Notes under the pieces: generated by a model
What the model was told of the DNA's origin: nothing
The model's input: only the letters and a program-made list of their open reading frames with translations
Databases searched by the model: none
Translations under genes and position numbers: made by a program
Part shown: one piece after another, positions 25,596 to 35,829 of the stretch
Position numbering within the stretch: the first letter of the stretch is position 1
Layout: each line of letters begins with the position of its first letter
Source of the DNA: Candidatus Omnitrophota bacterium
Lineage (GTDB): Bacteria > Omnitrophota > Gorgyraeia > Gygaellales > Profunditerraquicolaceae
NCBI GenBank assembly: GCA_028687205.1
Contig: JAQUAP010000002.1
Span: forward strand, 1-45,685
Reading direction: 5' to 3'
Length of the DNA: 45,685 bases

Positions 25596-26708
25596 TTACT
25601 CCTTATTAAGGCGCGCGAACTCTTCCATCAGCCTGCGCTGTTCTGAAGTAAGCCGTTTAGGGATCTCTACGCCTATCCTGACTAATTCATCCCCTATATC
25701 CCGGCCATGTAAATCCGGTATCCCTTTAGCTTTAAGCCTGAAAATGCTTCCGGGTTGGGTACCCGCGGGTATTTTCATATCCACCCTGCCGCTTAGCGTA
25801 GGGACAATAATCTCTCCGCCTAATACAGCCTTACCCAAGTTTACATTTATCTCGATAAATATATCATTACCGTGCCTCTGAAAAACAGAGTGCGGCATTA
25901 TCTCTATAATGACATATAAATCCCCTTTTGAGGCTGCCCCTGTTTCGCCTTCACCGCGCACCCTTAAGTTAGAACCGGTATCTACCCCCGCCGGAATCTT
26001 AACTTTTATCTTACGCGTTATCTTGCTTCTCCCTTCGCCGCGGCATTCAGGGCAGGGAGATTGTATTACCGCGCCTCCTCCGGAACAGCGCGGACAGGTC
26101 TGTTGTATATAGAAACCTCTTGAACCGGCTACCGTATGCCCTGAGCCTTTACATTGAGGGCAGGTAGTTTTCCTGGTCCCGGGCCTGGCGCCTGTCCCTG
26201 AGCAAACAGGACAGGTTTCGTAGCGCGGCACAGTGATGGTTTTTTCCGTGCCTGTAGCTGCCTCTTCTAAAGTTATACTAACGGAAATCTGCAGGTCTCT
26301 TCCCCTGCGCCGGCTGCCGGAAGCCCGGCCTGACCTGCCGCCAAAAAAATCATAGCCTAAATCGCTGAATATCTCATCAAAGAGCCCTCCGCCCAGCCCA
26401 AAGTCACCCAGGTCCTGAAAGACGCTGCTAAAATCCGCTCCTTTAAAGATATCTTCCTGGGCGTATTTCTGGTCTATGCCGGCGTGGCCGTACTGGTCAT
26501 ATAAAGCGCGTTTATTGGTATCCGAAAGAACGGCGTAAGCTTCGGAGATATCCTTGAATTTCTCTTCCGCTTCTTTTTTCTGCTCATGCGGCACGCGGTC
26601 AGGGTGGAATTTTAAAGCCAGTTCCCGGTAAGCTTTTTTTATCTCATCCAGGCTGGCATTTTTATGCACACCCAGTATTTCATAATAATCACGCTTAGCA
26701 GCCGCCAT
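25596..26708 (-). CDS. dnaJ: Molecular chaperone DnaJ
   Basis: 370 aa. J-domain with HPD, a G/F-rich linker, and four CxxCxGxG zinc-finger repeats. Confidence 0.97.
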   Translation of the reverse strand: MAAAKRDYYEILGVHKNASLDEIKKAYRELALKFHPDRVPHEQKKEAEEKFKDISEAYAVLSDTNKRALYDQYGHAGIDQKYAQEDIFKGADFSSVFQDLGDFGLGGGLFDEIFSDLGYDFFGGRSGRASGSRRRGRDLQISVSITLEEAATGTEKTITVPRYETCPVCSGTGARPGTRKTTCPQCKGSGHTVAGSRGFYIQQTCPRCSGGGAVIQSPCPECRGEGRSKITRKIKVKIPAGVDTGSNLRVRGEGETGAASKGDLYVIIEIMPHSVFQRHGNDIFIEINVNLGKAVLGGEIIVPTLSGRVDMKIPAGTQPGSIFRLKAKGIPDLHGRDIGDELVRIGVEIPKRLTSEQRRLMEEFARLNKE

Positions 26709-28594
26709 TATTTTTTATCGCCATCCTCTTCTTTAAAGTCGGCGTCGATAATATCTTCTTTTTTACCCTCTTTAGGCTCTTCGGAAGCCTGGCCCTGGCC
26801 GGCATCCGCGCCGCCTTGCGCCTGCTGCGACTGCTGCTTGCTGGAAGCCTGTTTATAAATCTCTTCTGCGAGTTTATGTGACGCGCGGCTCAAGTCTTCC
26901 ATTCCTTTTTTAATCCTTTCCACGTTCTTATCCTTGATCGCGGCTTTTAAATCATTGGCCTTGGCTTCAATATCGGCGCGCTCAGCCTGGCTTACTTTAT
27001 CGCCGTAGTCCTTAAGGGATTTTTCAGTGGCGTAAACCAGGTTATCCGCCTGATTGATAGTCTCTACTTCTTCTCTCTTTTTGCTGTCTTCGGCGGCAAA
27101 CTTTTCCGCGTCCCTGACCATCTTATCGATTTCTTCCTGGGAAAGTTTTTTAGGAGCGGTGATGCGGATAGACTGCTCCTTGCCCGTACCTAAATCTTTG
27201 GCGGAAACATGCACAATGCCGTTAGCATCAATGTCAAAGCTGACTTCCACCTGCGGGACGCCGCGGGGCGCGGCGGGGATCCCCACTAAATCAAACCTGC
27301 CCAGCTCTACATTGCCATCCGCCATCTGCCGCTCGCCCTGTAATACGCGTATGGTTACCGCGGTCTGGTTATCCGCGGCCGTCGAGAAAATCTGGCTCTT
27401 CCTGGTCGGGATAGTCGTATTCCTCTCGATGAGCTTGGTATTGACTCCGCCTAAAGTCTCGATACCGAGGGATAAGGGCGTGACGTCAAGGAGCAGTACA
27501 TCTTTCATGTCGCCCTTGATGATTGCCGCCTGGATTGCCGCGCCTAAAGCCACGCACTCCATCGGGTCAACGCCGCGCTCAATCTTCTTTCCCACATAGT
27601 CTTCGACAAATTTCTGGACGATCGGCATACGCGTCGGGCCGCCCACCATGATAATACGGTCAATATCTTTGGCGGTTAATTTCGCGTCGCCGATTGCCTG
27701 CTCCATAGGATGTTTGCACCGGTCAATTATAGGGGAAACAAGGTCTTCTAATTTTGCGCGGGTAATGGACATCGTCAAATGCTTGGGGCCTTGAGCATCC
27801 GCGGTAATAAACGGCAGGTTGATGTCCGTGCTTACCGTCGAGGACAATTCAATCTTGGCTTTTTCCGCTGCTTCGCGCACTCTCTGCACCGCCATCTTGT
27901 CATTCATCAGGTCTATCCCGGTCTCGCGCTTAAATTGCCCGGCGATATACTCAAGCAAAACCTTGTCCATATCCGTGCCGCCTAATTGCGTATCGCCTGA
28001 AGTAGATTTTACTTCAAAGACACCCTGGGCCATCTCCATAATCGTAACATCAAGCGTGCCGCCGCCTAAATCAAAGACCATAATCTTTTGCTCTTTCCCG
28101 GCCTTCTCCAAGCCATAAGCCAGGCAGGCAGCCGTAGGTTCATTAATGATACGCAGGACTTTTAACCCGGCAATCTCTCCGGCATCCTTGGTTGCCTGGC
28201 GCTGGTTATCATCAAAATACGCGGGGCAGGTAATCACTACCTCTTCAACCTTATCTCCCAGGTAGCTTTCAGCATCCTGTTTAATCTTCTGCAAGATAAA
28301 TGCCGATATCTGCTGCGGCGTATATTCCTTGCCTAAGACTTTAAATTTAAAATCTGTCCCCATCTTACGCTTGGCTGCCTGGATCGTGCCTTCGGCATTG
28401 ATCGCTGCCTGGCGCCTTGCCGGCTCACCGACCAGACGCTGGCCGTCCTTGGTAAAAGCAACGTAAGAAGGGAAGGCCTTGCCGGAAGCAACGCCCGCGC
28501 CTTCAGCCGAGGGGATGATCACCGGCCTTCCGCCTTCCATAACTGCTGCCGCTGAGTTTGATGTCCCTAAGTCAATACCGATAACTTTAGCCAT
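26708..28594 (-). CDS. dnaK: Molecular chaperone DnaK (Hsp70)
   Basis: 628 aa. Contains [19 protein letters not shown] and VGGPTRMP. Confidence 0.98.
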   Translation of the reverse strand: MAKVIGIDLGTSNSAAAVMEGGRPVIIPSAEGAGVASGKAFPSYVAFTKDGQRLVGEPARRQAAINAEGTIQAAKRKMGTDFKFKVLGKEYTPQQISAFILQKIKQDAESYLGDKVEEVVITCPAYFDDNQRQATKDAGEIAGLKVLRIINEPTAACLAYGLEKAGKEQKIMVFDLGGGTLDVTIMEMAQGVFEVKSTSGDTQLGGTDMDKVLLEYIAGQFKRETGIDLMNDKMAVQRVREAAEKAKIELSSTVSTDINLPFITADAQGPKHLTMSITRAKLEDLVSPIIDRCKHPMEQAIGDAKLTAKDIDRIIMVGGPTRMPIVQKFVEDYVGKKIERGVDPMECVALGAAIQAAIIKGDMKDVLLLDVTPLSLGIETLGGVNTKLIERNTTIPTRKSQIFSTAADNQTAVTIRVLQGERQMADGNVELGRFDLVGIPAAPRGVPQVEVSFDIDANGIVHVSAKDLGTGKEQSIRITAPKKLSQEEIDKMVRDAEKFAAEDSKKREEVETINQADNLVYATEKSLKDYGDKVSQAERADIEAKANDLKAAIKDKNVERIKKGMEDLSRASHKLAEEIYKQASSKQQSQQAQGGADAGQGQASEEPKEGKKEDIIDADFKEEDGDKK

Positions 28595-29120
28595 GGCTAA
28601 CCTCCTGTTTTTTAGAAACTTTAACTTTCGCCGTCCTGATTACCCTGTCATTCAACAAATAACCCTTTTGTAATTCCTCTACTACCGTATGTTCAGGCAA
28701 GTCTTTATCTTCAACTTGCAATAATGCTTCATGATAGTGGGGGTCAAATAACTTTCCCGCTGCCTCAATAGGCCTGACTCCGTATTCTTTAAGCATCTCG
28801 TAAAGGTGGGCCAAAATCATCTCCACTCCTTTGAGAAACCCGCTTAAATCCTGCTCCTTGGTTTCGGCCAGGCTTACACTGCGCTCTAAATCATCCAGGA
28901 CATTCAATAATTCTAAGATAATTCCTTCGTTGGCGAATTTTACAAAATCCTGTTTTTCCCTTTCCAGGCGCTTACGCGTATTTTCAAAGTCCGCCTGTAA
29001 ACGTAAGACCTGACCTGAAAGCTCCTTTACTTTAGCCGCTTCTTCTTTTAATTTCAGGTACTCGCCTTCCTTCAGAGAGACTGTCTTCTCTTCTTTATTA
29101 TCCTGCTTATGTTCATTCAT
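28587..29120 (-). CDS. grpE: Nucleotide exchange factor GrpE
   Basis: 177 aa. Contains [13 protein letters not shown]...FDPHYHEA...[14 protein letters not shown]. Confidence 0.95.
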   Translation of the reverse strand: MNEHKQDNKEEKTVSLKEGEYLKLKEEAAKVKELSGQVLRLQADFENTRKRLEREKQDFVKFANEGIILELLNVLDDLERSVSLAETKEQDLSGFLKGVEMILAHLYEMLKEYGVRPIEAAGKLFDPHYHEALLQVEDKDLPEHTVVEELQKGYLLNDRVIRTAKVKVSKKQEVSHG

Positions 29121-29860
29121 TGCTCGATATTCTCCAAAGCCTGGCTTAACACCTCTGAAATATACCCCAGCGCCGGTATAATGTGGCTATATTCCATGCG
29201 CACCGGGCCTAAGACTGCCAGGCGTCCCTGCGGTTTATTTTTACGGCGATAGCTTGAAACAACCAAAGAGCAATTCTCCATTTCCGGCCTGCCTGACTCA
29301 TGGCCTATATAGACCTTGACCGGATCATTAAAATCACGGTTGATAATCGCTAAAAGGCCCTGCTTATCCTCGATAAGTTCAATCAGCAGCTTGATCTTAC
29401 GGGTATCCTTAAATTCCGGCTGGTCTAAGATGCGGCTTAACCCCTTATAAAACATTTTATCCTGCCATCCTAAAAAGGAGACGATGCCGGCATAATGCGT
29501 AATCTGGGAGATTAATTCAGACGTCTCTTCCAGCGCGTCCTCCAGGCGCCTGATCTCCTTTTTGAATTCGCCGATAATATTGTTCTTTTCTTCTTCCAGG
29601 AGGCTCATCTGCGCAACGAGGAAATCAACGTAATAACGGTAGCCTTTATCTGTGGGGATCCTTCCTCCGGAAGTATGTGGATGGGTAAGATAGCCCGTAT
29701 CCTCAAGCTCCGCGAAGATATTCCTGATCGTGGCCGGGCTTAAATCAAAATACTCTGCGATATCTTCGGAAGCAACAGGATTGGCTTGCCGGATATGCTT
29801 ATCAATTGTCGCGCTTAAGACCGCTCTCCTTCTTGAATCATGGTCAACATTCTTTACCAT
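29117..29860 (-). CDS. hrcA: Heat-inducible transcription repressor HrcA, short form (247 aa)
   Basis: Contains SATIRNIFAELEDTGYLTHPHTSGGRIPTDKGYRYYVD, QPEF, MENCSLV and GPVRMEY landmarks. It sits at the head of grpE-dnaK-dnaJ with a CIRCE element upstream. Confidence 0.9.
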   Translation of the reverse strand: MVKNVDHDSRRRAVLSATIDKHIRQANPVASEDIAEYFDLSPATIRNIFAELEDTGYLTHPHTSGGRIPTDKGYRYYVDFLVAQMSLLEEEKNNIIGEFKKEIRRLEDALEETSELISQITHYAGIVSFLGWQDKMFYKGLSRILDQPEFKDTRKIKLLIELIEDKQGLLAIINRDFNDPVKVYIGHESGRPEMENCSLVVSSYRRKNKPQGRLAVLGPVRMEYSHIIPALGYISEVLSQALENIEQ

Positions 29861-29908
29861 CTAAATCGCTTCTCCCAGCGTCTTAAAGTTAGTTGATGCC
29901 AAAACATA

Positions 29909-29936
29909 ATTTTAACATAATTTGCCCCTTTGTAAA
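29909..29936 (-). promoter_or_regulatory. Putative sigma-70 promoter for hrcA-grpE-dnaK-dnaJ
   Basis: Minus strand has TTTACA (29936..29931), a 16 nt spacer, then TAAAAT (29914..29909). Confidence 0.5.
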
Positions 29937-29946
29937 GATGAAACTT

Positions 29947-29973
29947 TTAGCGCTTGGACCTGAAGAGTGCTAA
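29947..29973 (-). promoter_or_regulatory. CIRCE operator (HrcA binding site)
   Basis: Minus strand reads TTAGCACTC-TTCAGGTCC-AAGCGCTAA against the consensus TTAGCACTC-N9-GAGTGCTAA. The left arm matches 9/9 and the right arm 7/9. Confidence 0.85.
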
Positions 29974-29989
29974 TTAAAAGGTAAAAAAA

Positions 29990-30250
29990 TTATTCCTCTT
30001 CTTTGGCGATGATTATTTTGATACCGTGGATGTTTACGTGTTTATCTTCCATCAGATAATGTACGTATTCAAGCCTCCTTATATCCTTAAGCGAATAAAG
30101 CCTGCTTTTTTTACCGATTCTTTTGGGGCGCACGATACCTGCCTTATCCAGCTGGCGCAGGGTCCAGACAGGTAAACTCACTAACCTACTCACCACACTG
30201 ATAACATAAACCGGCTCATCCTGGCTGATTTGGATATCAAATAGAGGCAT
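29990..30250 (-). CDS. Small MerR-family HTH regulator, HspR-like
   Basis: 86 aa. YVISVVSRLVSLPVWTLRQLDKAGIVRPKR...RLYSLKDIRRLEYVHYLMEDKHVNIHGIKIII parallels the HspR pattern (Y.IS..A......TLR.YD..GL..P.R.....R.YS..DI..L..I..L.......N..GIK.I). Confidence 0.75.
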   Translation of the reverse strand: MPLFDIQISQDEPVYVISVVSRLVSLPVWTLRQLDKAGIVRPKRIGKKSRLYSLKDIRRLEYVHYLMEDKHVNIHGIKIIIAKEEE

Positions 30251-30303
30251 GCCTCCTCCTTAGCCTGCCTGGTTTTATACGGGCTATCTTCATTTATAGT
30301 TAA

Positions 30304-30332
30304 TATATAACATATAATGACTATTTTGTCAA
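30304..30332 (-). promoter_or_regulatory. Putative sigma-70 promoter upstream of the MerR/HspR-like gene
   Basis: Minus strand has TTGACA (30332..30327), a 17 nt spacer, then TATATA (30309..30304). Confidence 0.5.
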
Positions 30333-30334
30333 GT

Positions 30335-30359
30335 ATATTTAATAATTTTTATTAAATAT
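30335..30359. promoter_or_regulatory. Perfect AT-rich inverted repeat (11 bp arms, 3 bp spacer) abutting the -35 box
   Basis: Reads ATATTTAATAA-TTT-TTATTAAATAT. Lies between the hflX stop (30370) and the TTGACA box. Confidence 0.4.
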
Positions 30360-30369
30360 TCTAATAGAT

Positions 30370-31620
30370 TTACCCTATTTCTTTATTTTGTAATAAGTTA
30401 TGATAAAGTATTTTTGGTAAATTAACCTTTACTTTTACGCCTTCTTGTAGATATTTTATACTCTCAACCTTCCCTTGCCGGTAGAATAAATCTATGATAT
30501 CCATCCGGCTATGCGGGATTAAAACTTCCACCTGGAGCATCCTTCCGGAAAAATTCTCCTGTATTTCCGTAAGTAAAATATCCAGGTTTATTCTAAACTT
30601 AGCCGATAGCGTTACCGGCCTGGGGAAATCCCGCTTTAATTTTTCCAGCCACATTTTATCATCTAACAGGTCTATTTTATTTAAAGCCGTAATCATAGGC
30701 TTATCTTCTATCCCCAGCTCTTCTAATAACGCGCATACCGCTTTATTATGCTCATAGACATAAGGATGGCTGGCGTCTAAAACATGGATTAAAAGATCCG
30801 CCTGCACCACCTCTTCTAGGGTAGCCTTGAACGCTTCAATAAGCTGATGCGGCAGATCGCGCAGGAATCCTACGGTGTCGGAGATAACCACATTTTCGCC
30901 ATTGGGTAACTGGGTATTTTTAGACAAAGGGTCAAGCGTAGTAAAAGGGCTGGCTGATACAGTTTGCCCCGCATTAGTAAGGGCGTTTAGCAGCGTGGAT
31001 TTTCCGCTGCTCGTATAACCGACAAGCGCTATCGCAGGAAGGGCATTCTCTTTTCTTTTTTTACGCATAACCGTACGGTGCAGCATCAATCCCTTCAAAT
31101 CAACTTTTAAACTGTCTATTCTTTTCCTGATCCGCCTCCTGTCTACCTCCAGTTTTTGTTCCCCCGGGCCGCGCGTGCCGATGCCGCCGCCTAAACGCGA
31201 AAGGAGAATACCTTTACCCACGAGCCTGGGCATAAGGTATTGCAGCTGGGCAAGCTCAACCTGGAGTTTACCTTCGGGGCTCTTGGCGCGCCGGGCGAAT
31301 ATATCCAGGATAAGCTGGGTGCGGTCAATGGTCTTTTTACCGATAAGCTCTTCTAAGTTACGTTGCTGGGTGCCGGAAAGGTCATGGCTGAAGATAATCG
31401 TATCCGCGTTTTCTTCCTGGGCAATTAAACTTAATTCTTCGGCCTTGCCTTTTCCGATGAGAAAATTGGGCGTGGGCTTATCGCAAGAACAGCTAATATT
31501 ATCCACCGCCTCTACGCTGCAGGCAGAGACCAGCTCCTCTAACTCAGCCGCGGAATCTTCCATCCGCCACTTTTCCTTATCCTGTTTAAATTCTATAGTA
31601 ACTAATAAAGCCCTTTCCAT
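30370..31620 (-). CDS. hflX: GTPase HflX
   Basis: 416 aa. HflX N-domain, then G1 [14 protein letters not shown] and NKID. Confidence 0.93.
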   Translation of the reverse strand: MERALLVTIEFKQDKEKWRMEDSAAELEELVSACSVEAVDNISCSCDKPTPNFLIGKGKAEELSLIAQEENADTIIFSHDLSGTQQRNLEELIGKKTIDRTQLILDIFARRAKSPEGKLQVELAQLQYLMPRLVGKGILLSRLGGGIGTRGPGEQKLEVDRRRIRKRIDSLKVDLKGLMLHRTVMRKKRKENALPAIALVGYTSSGKSTLLNALTNAGQTVSASPFTTLDPLSKNTQLPNGENVVISDTVGFLRDLPHQLIEAFKATLEEVVQADLLIHVLDASHPYVYEHNKAVCALLEELGIEDKPMITALNKIDLLDDKMWLEKLKRDFPRPVTLSAKFRINLDILLTEIQENFSGRMLQVEVLIPHSRMDIIDLFYRQGKVESIKYLQEGVKVKVNLPKILYHNLLQNKEIG

Positions 31621-32522
31621 AATCTCCCTGCTATTTTAGCCGGCGTATCTTTAGCTTGAATATTAATCCATTGCACGCGCTTATCTTTCCTGAACCAGGT
31701 CAGCTGCCTCTTGGCGTAATGGCGCGTGTTGCGTTTCATCAGGCGCCTGGCCTCTGCTAAGTCATACCTGCCTGCGAGATAACCGCTCACTTCGCTTATA
31801 CCAATAGCATAACGGCTGGTCTTGCTTAATTTTTTCTTAAGCAGCCTCTTGACTTCTTTGAGCAGTCCGGCCTTAAACATTTTATCTACCCGCGCATCGA
31901 TTCTCTTATAAAGAGCGCTCCTCTCCATATTCAAACAGAAAATTCTTACGTCATAATATTTACTTAAACCCTCCCTCTCTTTCTGCAGCCCTGAGATAGG
32001 TTTCCCGGTAGCTTCAAAAACTTCCAGGGCGCGAATAATGCGCCTGGTATCATGAGGATGGATCTTCCCGGCTGCCTGGCGGTCAAGGCGTTTAAGCTTT
32101 TTATATAAATAATCCCTGCCGTATTTTGCAAGCTGCCGGTAAAGCTTTTTGCGCAGGCCGGGGTTTTGCGCCTTAGCCTTAAAAATACCGTCAATCAGTA
32201 TGGATATATACAGCCCTGTCCCGCCGCAAAAAAGCGGGGTCTTGCCTTCTTTGAGGATTTCTTTTATTTTCTTAAGGGCTTCCTGGCGGTATTTAGAAAC
32301 ATTATATTCTTTTTCGGGACGCACCATGCCGATAAGATGGTGCTTAATCTTTTTTCTTAAAAAGGCGGGCGGCTTGGAGGTAATGATATCCATGCCTTTA
32401 TAGATTTGCATGGAATCGCAGGAGATGATTTCCGCGTTGATTTTCCGGGCAAGCGCAACAGCAACCCTGGTTTTGCCTGTCGCGGTTGGCCCGGCTAAAA
32501 AGATTACTTTATTTAAGGGCAT
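31602..32522 (-). CDS. miaA: tRNA dimethylallyltransferase
   Basis: 306 aa. Contains [33 protein letters not shown] and [10 protein letters not shown]. Confidence 0.95.
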   Translation of the reverse strand: MPLNKVIFLAGPTATGKTRVAVALARKINAEIISCDSMQIYKGMDIITSKPPAFLRKKIKHHLIGMVRPEKEYNVSKYRQEALKKIKEILKEGKTPLFCGGTGLYISILIDGIFKAKAQNPGLRKKLYRQLAKYGRDYLYKKLKRLDRQAAGKIHPHDTRRIIRALEVFEATGKPISGLQKEREGLSKYYDVRIFCLNMERSALYKRIDARVDKMFKAGLLKEVKRLLKKKLSKTSRYAIGISEVSGYLAGRYDLAEARRLMKRNTRHYAKRQLTWFRKDKRVQWINIQAKDTPAKIAGRLWKGLY

Positions 32523-33283
32523 ATTTTGGTGGGATAACCTTCCTGCTTAAGCTTTCTGTTCAGCTCTTCTGCTTCCTGGCGGGAATTCAATCTTCCTACC
32601 TTTACCCGGTAGGTTTTTGAGCCGGACGCGCCCGGAGATTCTTCAGTATACGCGGGATACCCGCTGTTTAATAATTTCCGGGTCAGATTAGCCGCATTTG
32701 TGGAATTGGAAAACGAACCTACCTGAACAGCATAATAAGAATCAGCATTAACTTTTTGAGCCGGAAAAATATCCCGCTTCTGTTTAACTTCCGGATTTAA
32801 AGGGTAGCTCTCCTTTAATTTCGCTAAATAATCCCTGCCCTGTTTTGCATCCCCCTTTTTAAAACCAATTTCGCTTAGGCGGTAAAAAACCTGGGCTTTC
32901 AACCTGGTATCCGGATTACTTTTGAGCAATCCAAGATAAGACTCTTCGGCCTTAGCCAAGTCATCCCTTAACAGATAGGTATCGCCTAAACCCAGCCGGG
33001 CTTCTTCCTGGAACCTTGAGCCGCTGGATTCTTTAATAATGGCTTCGAAGTTAACTAAGGCGCGCGGGTAATTTCCGTCTTTTAAATAACAAAGCCCTAA
33101 AAGATAATCCAGCTCATCCGAATGCTCTCCCTGGGCAATAAGTTCCTCTCCCTCGCTTATGGCTGCCTTGTAATCTGCGCCAAGCATCTTGGTCTTCATG
33201 GAATTGAGCTCTAAGCAATAAACTTCCCGGGTAATTAAAACCAGGGATAGCGTCAATACCAGTTTAATCAGGTTTCTTGGCAT
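32513..33283 (-). CDS. TPR-repeat protein with C-terminal SPOR (peptidoglycan-binding) domain
   Basis: 256 aa. Signal/anchor sequence, TPR-like repeats, then YAVQVGSFSNSTNAANL...YRVKVGRLNSRQEAEELNRKLKQEGY, typical of SPOR. Confidence 0.8.
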   Translation of the reverse strand: MPRNLIKLVLTLSLVLITREVYCLELNSMKTKMLGADYKAAISEGEELIAQGEHSDELDYLLGLCYLKDGNYPRALVNFEAIIKESSGSRFQEEARLGLGDTYLLRDDLAKAEESYLGLLKSNPDTRLKAQVFYRLSEIGFKKGDAKQGRDYLAKLKESYPLNPEVKQKRDIFPAQKVNADSYYAVQVGSFSNSTNAANLTRKLLNSGYPAYTEESPGASGSKTYRVKVGRLNSRQEAEELNRKLKQEGYPTKICP

Positions 33284-34439
33284 TCTTCTTTGAAATTCCT
33301 TTTTGTAAATCCAATATTAGCTTATGCCTCTCCTCTTTATCTTCTTTTGCTACGGTATCAGCCATCTTGAAAGCTTCGGTATGCGGCCGCGAAGAATACT
33401 TGAATATATAGGCAGCGCTAAACCGGACAGCCTTGACTAAATCATAGGTGCCCTTAAAATCTTCCTCGGTTTCCGTGGGAAAGCCTACGATTATATCGCT
33501 AGTCAATGCCCCGTCTTTTACAATTTTACGATAATTATCCGCCAAAGCCAAATAAAATTTCCTTGAGTAACCGCGGTTCATCAGTTTTAAAATCCCGTCT
33601 GAACCGGATTGCACCGGAAGGTGGAGGTATTTTTTCAGCTTCCCCAGATCATTCATCGCCTTAAATAAATCAATAGAGGTATCCCTGGGGTGCGAAGTAA
33701 TAAAACTAAATTCTTTTAATCCCTTTATCGCATCAACCCGCCCTAAAAGCTTAATGAAATCCACCTTATCATATTTATAAGCATTTACGTTCTGGCCAAG
33801 GAGAGTAAAGCGGGTTATCCCTTTTTTTAGGGCTGCCTGTATCTCTTTCAGGATATCTTTATGATTACGGTTATGTAATCCGCCCCGGACATAGGGCACC
33901 ACGCAATAAGAACAGAAATTAGAGCACCCTTCGGAAATAACTACATAGGCGTGGTTCTTATCCTGGTAAAAACCGGTATGATAAATTTCTTCGGGCCGGC
34001 ATTCCCCCTCTGTTTCAAATATTTTTCTTTCAAAAATAGCTTTATCTTTGCTGAGCCTGGCGATAATGCCCGGAATTTTTTCAATATCCGCCGGCCCGAC
34101 CACAAAACTGACATTGGGCGAGCGCTCAAAAACCCCCTGCCCGTAATTCTGGGCCATGCAGCCTATCACACCGATAAGCTTGCCGTTTTTAAAGCGGCCG
34201 ATTTCGCTCCAGACCTTATCTTCGGCATGCTGGCGCACTGAACAGGTGTTAAGGATAATAATATCCGCTTTAGCCGGATCATGGCAAATCTTATGCCCTG
34301 ATTTCTGAAGCAACCCGGATACTACTTCCGAATCGCGGGTATTCATCTGACAGCCGAAAGTACGGAGAAAAACTCTTTTGCTATACAAATTTGATCTTTC
34401 TGGCGGCGAGGAACAACATCCGCAGGAGTAACCAGCCAT
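33264..34439 (-). CDS. miaB: MiaB-type radical-SAM methylthiotransferase lacking a C-terminal TRAM domain
   Basis: 391 aa. Contains TFGCQMN (MTTase N-domain) and CSNFCSYCVVPYVRG (radical-SAM CxxxCxxC). ATG 34439 has GGAGG 7 nt upstream, although it overlaps the upstream gene by 59 nt. TTG 34388 is an alternative start. Confidence 0.88.
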   Translation of the reverse strand: MAGYSCGCCSSPPERSNLYSKRVFLRTFGCQMNTRDSEVVSGLLQKSGHKICHDPAKADIIILNTCSVRQHAEDKVWSEIGRFKNGKLIGVIGCMAQNYGQGVFERSPNVSFVVGPADIEKIPGIIARLSKDKAIFERKIFETEGECRPEEIYHTGFYQDKNHAYVVISEGCSNFCSYCVVPYVRGGLHNRNHKDILKEIQAALKKGITRFTLLGQNVNAYKYDKVDFIKLLGRVDAIKGLKEFSFITSHPRDTSIDLFKAMNDLGKLKKYLHLPVQSGSDGILKLMNRGYSRKFYLALADNYRKIVKDGALTSDIIVGFPTETEEDFKGTYDLVKAVRFSAAYIFKYSSRPHTEAFKMADTVAKEDKEERHKLILDLQKGISKKNAKKPD

Positions 34440-35829
34440 GCTGCCACCTCCGGATGTTCGTCCTGCCGTATTTACGTTCCTGGTAGCGCACCGGCATATC
34501 TGCTATTTTAAGATTTAAATATGCCGCGCCAAGAATAAGGTCAAAATCTGCGAACGGGTCTAAATCTCCGAAATATCCGCAGTTTTCTGAAATCTTAAGA
34601 TAGTCTTTGCGCCAGAGCGCCTTTGTCCCGCAAAGGGTATCTTTAATATGCTGGCCGATGAGCCACGAAAAAACAATACTGAAAAATTTATTAGCCAATA
34701 AATTTAAAAAACGCATCGCCTTCTGCTGCCGCGGGTAGAGCAGGCGCACGCCGTTGACAAAATCAGCCTTGCCGTTACATAAACACTCATAGAACCTCGG
34801 TAAATCTTCCGGAGAGACGCTCAGGTCGCTATCTAAAATCACCAGTATATCTGCGCTGGCGTTGGCAAAACCAAGGCGCACCGCATCGCCCTTGCCTGTT
34901 CCTTCTTGCCTATATACTTTACATTTTAAAGCGGGGTAATCCGCGATACATTTACGTATAACCTCAAAGCTATCATCCTTGGAATGCCCCTCGACAAAAA
35001 TAAGCTCTGTCTCCTTGCCTAGGCTCGGCATCCGCTCAAATATTTGCGCAATATTACCGGCTTCGTTACGCACGGGGATAATCACCGAAACTGACGGCGG
35101 GCTAACGGCAATCCGGACTTTAGGTGCCGGCCGCGCTACCATAAAATTAGTCAAAGCCATCATATTAAACGGCCAAAACTTTACCAGAAAAGAGTTGGCG
35201 AACTCCTTAAGCAGGGGCACCGGCAAAGGGCATAAAATCTCAGTCCAGGAACGCATAACTTCAAAATCGGTAAGATATAATAAATTCGCCAAATCCTGCC
35301 TGGTCACCCAGTTTTGAGGAAGTAAAGGCTGCGCAACCCCAAAATTTTGGGCAAGCCGCAATAGCGGCATCCAAACATTGCTGTAAAAATTAAAAATAAT
35401 CCGCGTGTGCGGGGCTAAGACTAAGCTTAATCTCTTTAAAACACCCTGGATATCCCATAAATCATTTACCAGGTCAGAAAGGATAACCACGTCAAACTGC
35501 GCGTCAACGCTGAAAGCCTGGGCATCCGCCTGTATAAATTGAAGCTCGGGATGGCGCTCTTTTGCCTGCCGGAGCATTTCTGCGGAAAAATCCACTCCCA
35601 CGCCAACGCCTGGTTTTAACGCGCTTAATAAATCGCCGCAGCCACAGCCAATCTCAAGGACACGCTGGCCTGGCTTAACGATAGACCTGTAAATATCTCT
35701 CAAGCGACGGTGATAATACCCGCCCCACCTCCTTTGCTTATCCAAATTACGGGCAAGCCTGTCCCAGTGGGCAATGCGCGCCTGCTTAAAATCAGCGTAT
35801 AAAAAATTATCTAGCAGCTGGCCCTCCAT
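34381..35829 (-). CDS. Bifunctional class I SAM-dependent methyltransferase / family 2 glycosyltransferase fusion
   Basis: 482 aa. N-terminal half has VLEIGCGCGDLL (SAM motif I). C-terminal half has SVIIPVRNEAGNI...VILDSDLS (GT2 DxD context), of the polyprenol-phosphate sugar synthase-like type. Confidence 0.85.
   Translation of the reverse strand: MEGQLLDNFLYADFKQARIAHWDRLARNLDKQRRWGGYYHRRLRDIYRSIVKPGQRVLEIGCGCGDLLSALKPGVGVGVDFSAEMLRQAKERHPELQFIQADAQAFSVDAQFDVVILSDLVNDLWDIQGVLKRLSLVLAPHTRIIFNFYSNVWMPLLRLAQNFGVAQPLLPQNWVTRQDLANLLYLTDFEVMRSWTEILCPLPVPLLKEFANSFLVKFWPFNMMALTNFMVARPAPKVRIAVSPPSVSVIIPVRNEAGNIAQIFERMPSLGKETELIFVEGHSKDDSFEVIRKCIADYPALKCKVYRQEGTGKGDAVRLGFANASADILVILDSDLSVSPEDLPRFYECLCNGKADFVNGVRLLYPRQQKAMRFLNLLANKFFSIVFSWLIGQHIKDTLCGTKALWRKDYLKISENCGYFGDLDPFADFDLILGAAYLNLKIADMPVRYQERKYGRTNIRRWQHGWLLLRMLFLAARKIKFV

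Noticed and set aside
29861-30369. Search for an HspR HAIR element (CTTGAGT-N7-ACTCAAG) near the MerR/HspR-like gene and hrcA
   Set aside because: Only a half-site-like CTTGACA, which is the -35 box itself, was found with no matching inverted partner. No HAIR call is therefore made.
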